Assembly (NCBI GenBank): GCA_051294375.1
Contig: JBJCIZ010000132.1
Coordinates: 1-18,624 of the forward strand
Source of the DNA: Paraspadella gotoi
Lineage: Eukaryota; Animalia; Chaetognatha
Reading direction: 5' to 3'
DNA length: 18,624 nt
Positions 12,790 through 18,624 of this stretch are shown piece by piece. How positions within the stretch are numbered: the first letter of the stretch is position 1; every line of letters starts with the position of its first letter. A program made the translations under genes and the position numbers. Under the pieces are notes generated by a model. The model worked only from the letters and a program-made list of their open reading frames with translations, made no database searches and was not told where the DNA came from.

Positions 12790-12870
12790 TCCACTCCGGT
12801 ATCGAACCCGGGCCCAAGGATCTGGGATGCGTTGATCATCGATCGCAGCCGACCAGACGGCCTGAAATCC
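12790..12870 (-). ncRNA. tRNA-like / tRNA-derived Pol III promoter-like module inside the LTR (not a supportable functional tRNA)
   Basis: The minus strand has GGTTCGATACC (12808-12798), an exact fit to the B box GGTTCGANNCC, and a degenerate A-box-like AGGCCGTCTGG (12863-12853) 44 nt upstream that overlaps a D-arm-like hairpin GCCG-TCTGGT-CGGC. There is no convincing acceptor stem or 7-nt anticodon loop. Confidence 0.5.
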
Positions 12871-13045
12871 AAAGCTCCTAAATCCTGATAAATAACTTTA
12901 AATCGAAGAAGACTTTTGTTTATCGATTCCCAACTTAAATCATCCGCCAGAAGATGTCTCGAGTGATTTACTTTTTGTTTCTTGACTGCTTTCTTATGAT
13001 TGTTTTCTGAGGTTGACTCAGACTGGTTTTAATCTCTTGATCAAA

Positions 13046-13052
13046 TATAAAA
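13046..13052 (+). promoter_or_regulatory. Candidate LTR TATA box
   Basis: TATAAAA in mid-LTR, with ATTAAA poly(A)-signal candidates downstream at 13061 and 13141. The AT-rich context makes chance matches likely. Confidence 0.3.
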
Positions 13053-13333
13053 CAATTTATATTAAATTCGACATTGTTTTTATCTCACATTCTTAATGTA
13101 AAAGTCATACATTATTCTATGGAGAAACTTTTAAACTCGAATTAAATAATCTACCAATCAAATCAAGGTGCCAATCAATTCGATAAATAACGACTTACTT
13201 TCCCTGCAATAATAACTCTCTGATATAATATTATCAAGCTCGTCTAATATCTTAGAACTAAGTCTCTCAGTTGTCATGACTGTCGGGCTCACAAGATATC
13301 AAGATAATCTGCCCTCTGATGTCCTGCCACACT

Positions 13334-13348
13334 TGGTGACCTCCGACG
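13334..13348 (+). promoter_or_regulatory. Primer binding site complementary to the tRNA-Trp 3' end
   Basis: TGGTGACCTCCGACG compared with the known tRNA-Trp PBS TGGTGACCCCGACG (as in avian sarcoma/leukosis viruses) has one extra T. It lies 2 nt (CT) after the LTR-terminal CA. Confidence 0.88.
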
Positions 13349-13505
13349 AAGAATTCTAAGCCAACCAACCTTCGAATGGGACCCAGGAGAAGTCCAACTT
13401 TCCTCTAGGTAAGACTTGGATGAGATTTGGAAAATTAGGCGAAGCCATCCAATTCGCTAACTCTTTTTCCATCGGTCCCAATATCCCCACGTCCCTACGA
13501 CTTCA

Positions 13506-14587
13506 ATGAGCGGCTCCGAGCATCATTACCGACTCCGCTCATCGCAACGCGACGTCGACGACCAGCGGGCGGTAGCAGCGACGCTCCAGATCCCCTTCGG
13601 CTTCGGTAGAGGCCGACGATCGAGGTCAACGTCGCCAATCTACGCCGACACGGTCCAAACGTTCGACTTTCAGCAAATAAACGCCGCCAACTTCGAAAAC
13701 GCCAAGATGGCGGCGAGCGACGCCGTCGACAGGGATTTACGTGGAGAAAACGACGAGCTACGCGCCGCCCTTGCCGCGGCGACACGCGCTCTCGAAAGGG
13801 CTTCGAATAGAAAACCCGACTTGCCTGATTTCGACGTCACGAATATCGAAATTTGGATCAGGCGAGTCGAAGCCGCCTACACGCGTGCAGGGATCACGGC
13901 TCCAAGGAGTAAGTTTGCACACTTGGAGTCTAAGATCAACGTCAACGTCGATCCAAAAATAAACCAGTATTTGTTTGGTGAAACCACTGAGCAAACGTGG
14001 AACGAATTTTTACAATATTTACGCAAGGAATACGGTTTTCTCAAAGGCGGCAGCAAGCCGCTTATCTACTCGACGCCATCGACGCCGATAATCAAAAACC
14101 CTCCAAGATGCTAGCCAAGTTGGAAGAGCAAACGAAAACTATTACTCTTGACGACGTCCGCAAGGAAAAAATTATGAGAGAGCTCCCAACGGAAATACGA
14201 CGCCAGTTAGAAGATAAAGCTGACGATATCTCAGCAAGCGAGCTTTGTCGACTGGCCGACCACCATTTTGACAATGACGGCAACCTGAAGACCCGTCAGA
14301 CCACTTCTCTCGTCAGCAGCGTCGATAACGATCAACGTAATCGCCAATCTTCATCCGACAACGACGACGACGCCATCTATTCGCTGGGCGCCTTCTCGAA
14401 GAAAAACAGCAGAGGAAAAAAGCGACAGAATCCATCGAAAGGGAAATCGAAAGGGAAATTGACGACTCTCTGCAGTAAGCACATCAAGTTCGGAGAGGAT
14501 GCATGGTCGTGTGAACCTGGCTGTGCAAAGTTCGACGAGACGAAAAAGAAGCAAGAGGGAAACGGCAGAGGGGGGCGCCGGCGGTGA
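13506..14587 (+). CDS. gag: Gag polyprotein (about 360 aa if one base is restored near 14036-14039); joins ORFs 13506..14114 and 13997..14587
   Basis: Lies between the PBS and pol. Has a capsid-like segment LPDFDVTNIEIWIRRVEAAY...GIT, a basic region, and a CHCC knuckle CSKHIKFGEDAWSCEPGC at 14471-14524. The two ORFs join as ...LRKEYGF-SQRRQQAAYLL... if T4 at 14036-14039 is T5. Confidence 0.88.
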
Positions 14588-14599
14588 ACGCCGTCCCCC
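14557..14599 (+). promoter_or_regulatory. Programmed -1 ribosomal frameshift signal (gag to pol)
   Basis: G_GGA_AAC heptamer (14557-14563) in the correct gag register, a 6-nt spacer, then the stem GGGGGGCG (14570-14577) / CGTCCCCC (14592-14599). The pol frame is -1 relative to gag and is open from the heptamer. Confidence 0.85.
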
Positions 14600-17500
14600 A
14601 ATCAACACGTTCACCAACATCAAACGATCTGTTGTATATACGGGACTCTGAGAGCCGAGTAAAGTGGTTGGTGGACGGAGGCGCGCTTTTATCTATCATT
14701 CCTCCTACTAAGAAACAACGTGAGAGTGGCCCAGACCCTCAAATGAAGTTACAGGCAGCCAATGGATCCCCGATAAGTTGTTATGGAACAACAAACAAAA
14801 TCGTCACTCTGGGAAAACGTCAATTCAAATACGAATTTGTCGTGGCTGACGTCACGCAGCACATTCTGGGTGCCGACTTTTTGGCGGAGAACTTTTTGGC
14901 GCCGAATCATCGAGATGGATTGCTAATGGACCTGCAAGACTACTCAACTATTGCAGCCTCGACATCGACAGAATCCACTACTCACGTTAGCTTTGTAGAT
15001 AGAAAAGGGGAAAAATTCTACAAACTGCTCGAGACCTTCCCATCATTATCGACACCTACGTTCGAGTTAAAGGACCCAAAACACGGAGTAACCCACTCCA
15101 TTCCAACGGAGGGACGCCCGTGCCAGTCCCGCGCCCGCCGCCTCGATCCAGAGAAGTTAGCGGTCGCCAAGAAAGAACTGGAGAAAATGGTTTCTTTGGG
15201 CATCGCTAAACGCGGAAAGTCGGAGTGGTCATCGCCTCTCCACGTCGTGGCTAAGCCCGACGGGGGATGGCGATGCTGTGGCGACTATCGACGCTTGAAC
15301 GCCCAGACGGTCGATGATAGATATCCCGTCAAATTACTTACGGATTTTAACGCGCAGCTCGAAGGGAAGACGATTTTCTCGAAAATCGATCTTCTCAAGG
15401 GCTACCACCAAATACCCGTCAATCCAGATGACGTGAAAAAAACTGCCGTTATAACCCCTTTTGGGTTATATGTGTTCCCACGTTGCCCATTTGGGCTAAA
15501 AAACGCAGGCCAGGATTTTCAGCGCCTAATGGATGAAATCCTGGGAGACGTTCCACATACATTTGTATACCTGGACGATATTCTCGTCGCCTCATCGTCC
15601 CCCGAGGAACATCTCGAGGACCTCGAGAGAGTCTTCAAAACTCTGGATGCCAATGGCTTGGTCGTTAACACCAAGAAATGTCTCTTGGGCCAGGAGTCTC
15701 TCGAGTTTCTTGGGTTCCTCGTCGATCGAAATGGAGTCAGACCTCTTCCCGAACGAGTTCAAACGCTTCGTGAAACGACAAGGCCCACGACTGTCAAGGA
15801 ATTGCAAAGATTCCTTGGCATGATCAATTACTACCGTCGATTCGTGCCCAAGGTCGCCCATAGGTGCGCCGCTCTCTACGAAGCTTTAAGCGGGAAGCCA
15901 AAGGCTTTAAAATGGACTGAAGAGTGTGAATCGGCCTTCGAGTCGATAAAAGAGGGATTAATCCAAGCCGCCCTTCTCCACCACCCTCGAAGCGGAGCTC
16001 AGCTCTGTATCACTACAGACGCGTCAGACCACGCGGTAGGAGCCGTATTGGAGCAGCGCGGCCCGAAGGGATGGGAGCCACTCGCCTTTTTTTCGGCAAA
16101 GCTGGCGAAAAATCAGAAACTATGGCCTCCCTTCGACCGTGAACTCTACGGCGCCTTCCGCGCTGTACGTCATTTCCGCCACTGGGTCGAAGGCAGAAAC
16201 TTCACGATATACACTGATCATCAGAGTTTAATCCCTGCGCTCAAGAAAAAGTCAGAGCCTCAAACAGCACGCCAAGCATACCAATTGTCCGTCATTGCGG
16301 AATTCACGACGGACATAAGGTATTTAAAAGGGAAAGCAAACGTTGTCGCTGACGCCCTCTCGCGTCCAAACTCATCGTCAGCAGCCGCAGCCGCCTCGTC
16401 GCAGCAGCAGCAGCGAAAAAATGACGCCAACGAAACAGCAGCAAAAATCGTAGCAGTTAACGTCGACCAAACATCAGCAAAAATCGTAGCACCTAACGTC
16501 GACAACGATAACAACGAATCAGCGACAACAACAACAACAACAAACTCCCAACTTGACGAACAAAACGAAAAAGCAGTGAAACCGAATCGCCTTGAGGATG
16601 TAAAAGCTGTGATCGCCTCTCTCACGACGTTTGAAATAGATTTCGAACAATTAGCTCGCGAACAAACTCTCGATGTAGATTTTCAGAGAATCTCAGAGGA
16701 TGCACGATCCGGCCTCGCCTTTCGAAAAATAAAAATCGGCAACGAACAACTTCTCGTCGACGTTTCGAATGGCCCAGCACGCCCTTTCGTTCCTTCAGCT
16801 TGGCGTAGAAAAGTTTTCGACATAATGCACGGCCTCGGCCACCCAGGCATCGAAGCAACTCGAAAATCAATTTCTGCAAAATTTGTATGGCCTAGCATGA
16901 AGCAGGATGTGACGAAATGGGCCAGAGAGTGCACAGACTGCCAAAGGGCAAAGGTAACAAGGCACACTATCCCAGAGATTGGGGAATTTAAAATTCCGCC
17001 ACGCAGGTTTCAGCATTTGAATCTCGATCTAGTAAAAATGCCAAATTCGAACGGATTCAAACATCTCTTAACTATCGTAGATCGCTTCTCTCGATGGCCA
17101 ACAGCGATCCCGTTGAAGGATACACTGACGACAACAATCCTCGACGCATTTAGTCACGACTGGATTAGTAATTTTGGAACACCGGCGGTAATAACCACTG
17201 ACCGAGGTACCCAATTCAATTCGGCGTTGTGGCGTCAGTTGACAAGCCAATGGGGCATCAAGCACTCCATGACAACGGCATATCACCCGCAAGCCAACGG
17301 ATTGGTTGAGCGGTTTCATAGACGTTTGAAAGAGTCTCTAATGGCGTTGGCACGAAACGAAAAAGAGAATTGGTATTGGAAACTCCCACTGACGCTCCTC
17401 GCGATTCGTACAACCGTCAAAGAGGATATCGGCGCCTCAGCCGCCGACTTAGTCTTCGGGGAAGGAATCACCGTCCCCGGGAGTATCCTCGGGGAAGCCC

Positions 17501-18348
17501 AAACCGACGACTCCAACCTCCAACGCCATCGTCGAAACCAACTCGCGAGTCTACGCGTCGAAGTGGCTCGCCTTCAACCTACCGCGACCTCTGCACATCA
17601 CCAGCCGTCCGTCCACATTCCGACCAACCTGGACTCAGCTCAATTCGTCTTCGTTAAACGGGCAGGAATAAATCCGCCTCTCACTCCTCCATACGAAGGC
17701 CCTTATAGGGTTATCAACAGAAAAGGATTAAATATGACAATTGAGATTCCAAGTACTGGTCGCGAGGTCGTAAACATCGCACGAGTAAAACCTGCTTGGA
17801 TTAGTGAGGATATTTTGGAGGCCGACGAACCTGTGGAACGCCAACGCCGTCGTCCAGGCCGTCAGCCAGGATTAAGAACTCGTTTTCCATCGCCAACGAC
17901 GCGAATCACGAGATCGACAGCACAACGAGCAGCGCCTCCTCCTCCTCCTCCCACCCCCACCTTCTCTCACCCCCAACATCCTCCCACTCTCCCCCAACCC
18001 TCCTCGCCTCCTTCTCCCGGCCTTCTCCGCTCGCCATCTCGAATCTCAAGAAAAAATGACAACAACAACAAAAACGCAAGCGGTAAAGAGCCAACGTGGA
18101 GATTCCCTAAATCGACGACGGAGAACTTCTCAAATAAAAAACCAAGACGAGAGGAACAACTACAGAGACAAGCAGAGAGTGAAAATAACAACAATAATGA
18201 CGACGAAGACAATAACAACAACAACGACCGCCCTACTTACGCGATCGTTCTAAAAGAAATGCTTCGACGTCAACAAAAAGAAAATAACAACAACAAAAAC
18301 CCCGATGCCACTGCCGACAAGCATATTGGTTATCCCTTTATAGTATAA
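14557..18348 (+). CDS. pol: Pol polyprotein (aspartic protease, reverse transcriptase, RNase H, integrase with GPY/F module), probably expressed as a Gag-Pol fusion; the ORF-track GTG start at 14584 is probably not used
   Basis: PR: LVDGGA (14674-14685 for DGGA) and ILGADFL. RT: WSSPLHVV, DYRRLN, IDLLKGYHQI, PFGLKNA, YLDD (15568-15579). RH: TDAS, DREL, YTDH, ADALSR. IN: HHCC (16828-16941), LDL/TDRG/VER DDE triad and GPY at 17698-17706. The frame is uninterrupted for 1254 aa from 14584. Confidence 0.97.
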   Translation, partial: GKRQRGAPAVNAVPQSTRSPTSNDLLYIRDSESRVKWLVDGGALLSIIPPTKKQRESGPDPQMKLQAANGSPISCYGTTNKIVTLGKRQFKYEFVVADVTQHILGADFLAENFLAPNHRDGLLMDLQDYSTIAASTSTESTTHVSFVDRKGEKFYKLLETFPSLSTPTFELKDPKHGVTHSIPTEGRPCQSRARRLDPEKLAVAKKELEKMVSLGIAKRGKSEWSSPLHVVAKPDGGWRCCGDYRRLNAQTVDDRYPVKLLTDFNAQLEGKTIFSKIDLLKGYHQIPVNPDDVKKTAVITPFGLYVFPRCPFGLKNAGQDFQRLMDEILGDVPHTFVYLDDILVASSSPEEHLEDLERVFKTLDANGLVVNTKKCLLGQESLEFLGFLVDRNGVRPLPERVQTLRETTRPTTVKELQRFLGMINYYRRFVPKVAHRCAALYEALSGKPKALKWTEECESAFESIKEGLIQAALLHHPRSGAQLCITTDASDHAVGAVLEQRGPKGWEPLAFFSAKLAKNQKLWPPFDRELYGAFRAVRHFRHWVEGRNFTIYTDHQSLIPALKKKSEPQTARQAYQLSVIAEFTTDIRYLKGKANVVADALSRPNSSSAAAAASSQQQQRKNDANETAAKIVAVNVDQTSAKIVAPNVDNDNNESATTTTTTNSQLDEQNEKAVKPNRLEDVKAVIASLTTFEIDFEQLAREQTLDVDFQRISEDARSGLAFRKIKIGNEQLLVDVSNGPARPFVPSAWRRKVFDIMHGLGHPGIEATRKSISAKFVWPSMKQDVTKWARECTDCQRAKVTRHTIPEIGEFKIPPRRFQHLNLDLVKMPNSNGFKHLLTIVDRFSRWPTAIPLKDTLTTTILDAFSHDWISNFGTPAVITTDRGTQFNSALWRQLTSQWGIKHSMTTAYHPQANGLVERFHRRLKESLMALARNEKENWYWKLPLTLLAIRTTVKEDIGASAADLVFGEGITVPGSILGEAQTDDSNLQRHRRNQLASLRVEVARLQPTATSAHHQPSVHIPTNLDSAQFVFVKRAGINPPLTPPYEGPYRVINRKGLNMTIEIPSTGREVVNIARVKPAWISEDILEADEPVERQRRRPGRQPGLRTRFPSPTTRITRSTAQRAAPPPPPPTPTFSHPQHPPTLPQPSSPPSPGLLRSPSRISRKNDNNNKNASGKEPTWRFPKSTTENFSNKKPRREEQLQRQAESENNNNNDDEDNNNNNDRPTYAIVLKEMLRRQQKENNNNKNPDATADKHIGYPFIV
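16435..16506 (+). repeat. In-frame 36-bp tandem duplication in the RH-IN linker
   Basis: ACAGCAGCAAAAATCGTAGCAGTTAACGTCGACCAA / ACATCAGCAAAAATCGTAGCACCTAACGTCGACAAC, 31/36 identical, encoding TAAKIVAVNVDQ / TSAKIVAPNVDN. Confidence 0.9.
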
Positions 18349-18575
18349 TATTTTGTGTTTTTGTAAATTTTATATTTTTGAATTTTTGGAAATTTGAAGA
18401 TGAAGATATGAAGATTTCGAAAGTCAGAAGTCAGTCTGCAATCTATATTATTGTTGTATATACCCATTATATATTTTATGATTTAGTATTTTTAAACATT
18501 CATTCATCATTCGGTGGACGACAACATATGTTATTCGAATTATATTATTAAGTATTTACCCATATATATTTCGAC

Positions 18576-18584
18576 AAGGGGGCG
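18576..18584 (+). promoter_or_regulatory. Polypurine tract (plus-strand primer)
   Basis: AAGGGGGCG immediately before the TG of the 3' LTR, following an AT-rich 3' UTR of about 230 bp. Confidence 0.8.
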
Positions 18585-18624
18585 TGCGGCCACCTCAGGC
18601 AGATCAATTCATTTAGGAATTAAT
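18585..18624 (+). repeat. 3' LTR, first 40 nt only
   Basis: Direct repeat of 12747-12786 preceded by the PPT. The sequence ends here. Confidence 0.93.

Larger units (their letters stand above)
12747..13331 (+). repeat. 5' LTR (585 bp, TG...CA)
   Basis: 12747-12786 TGCGGCACCTCAGGGCAGATCAATTCATTTAGGAATTAAT matches 18585-18624 except for two 1-nt homopolymer indels. It ends in TGCCACA (6/7 inverted match to TGCGGCA), 2 nt before the PBS. The right end is inferred from the PBS and inverted repeat because the 3' LTR end is outside the window. Confidence 0.9.
12747..18624 (+). mobile_element. Ty3/Gypsy (Metaviridae) LTR retrotransposon, CsRn1-like clade, 3' LTR cut by the window end
   Basis: Architecture is LTR-PBS-gag-pol-PPT-LTR with the Gypsy domain order PR-RT-RH-IN. 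The Gag C-X2-H-X9-C-X3-C motif and tRNA-Trp PBS are established CsRn1-clade traits. No env ORF. Confidence 0.96.

Noticed and set aside
12790-12870. Bona fide functional tRNA gene
   Set aside because: There is no proper 7-bp acceptor stem or 7-nt anticodon loop, so it is kept only as a tRNA-like module.
14434-14459. ATCGAAAGGGAA x2 containing GGGAAAT heptamers as alternative slippery sites
   Set aside because: They are read GGG-AAA-T in the gag frame, the wrong register for tandem -1 slippage. This is simply an SKGK duplication.
16443-16488. AAAAATCGT in the pol linker repeat matching the satellite dyad core
   Set aside because: A 9-nt low-complexity match explained by Lys-Ile-Val codons, with no extended similarity.
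13495-18253. Antisense and alternate-frame ORFs overlapping gag and pol
   Set aside because: They are short shadows of the real coding frames (up to 121 aa) with no motifs.
18349-18575. env or other third ORF
   Set aside because: Only about 230 bp of AT-rich, stop-rich 3' UTR lies between the pol stop and the PPT.

Overview
Eukaryotic repeat region with two parts. (1) Positions 1 to about 12746 are an AT-rich tandem satellite of about 24.5 monomers of about 520 bp. Each monomer is built from about 7 diverged 40-50 bp sub-repeats plus a GA-rich block, and copies differ mostly by homopolymer indels. The ORFs listed there are spurious. (2) Positions 12747-18624 are a near-intact Ty3/Gypsy LTR retrotransposon with CsRn1-clade hallmarks (Gag CHCC knuckle, tRNA-Trp primer binding site) that begins mid-monomer. 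It has a 585-bp 5' LTR, PBS, structured leader, gag broken by one 1-nt frameshift, a canonical -1 frameshift signal, an uninterrupted PR-RT-RH-IN pol, a PPT and the first 40 nt of the 3' LTR. The most unusual signals are an antisense tRNA-like/Pol III B-box module inside the LTR, a non-canonical DGG protease active site, a repeat-containing insert between RNase H and integrase, a long low-complexity integrase tail and a possible pseudoknot or switch in the leader. All analysis was by eye and no searches or folding programs were run.
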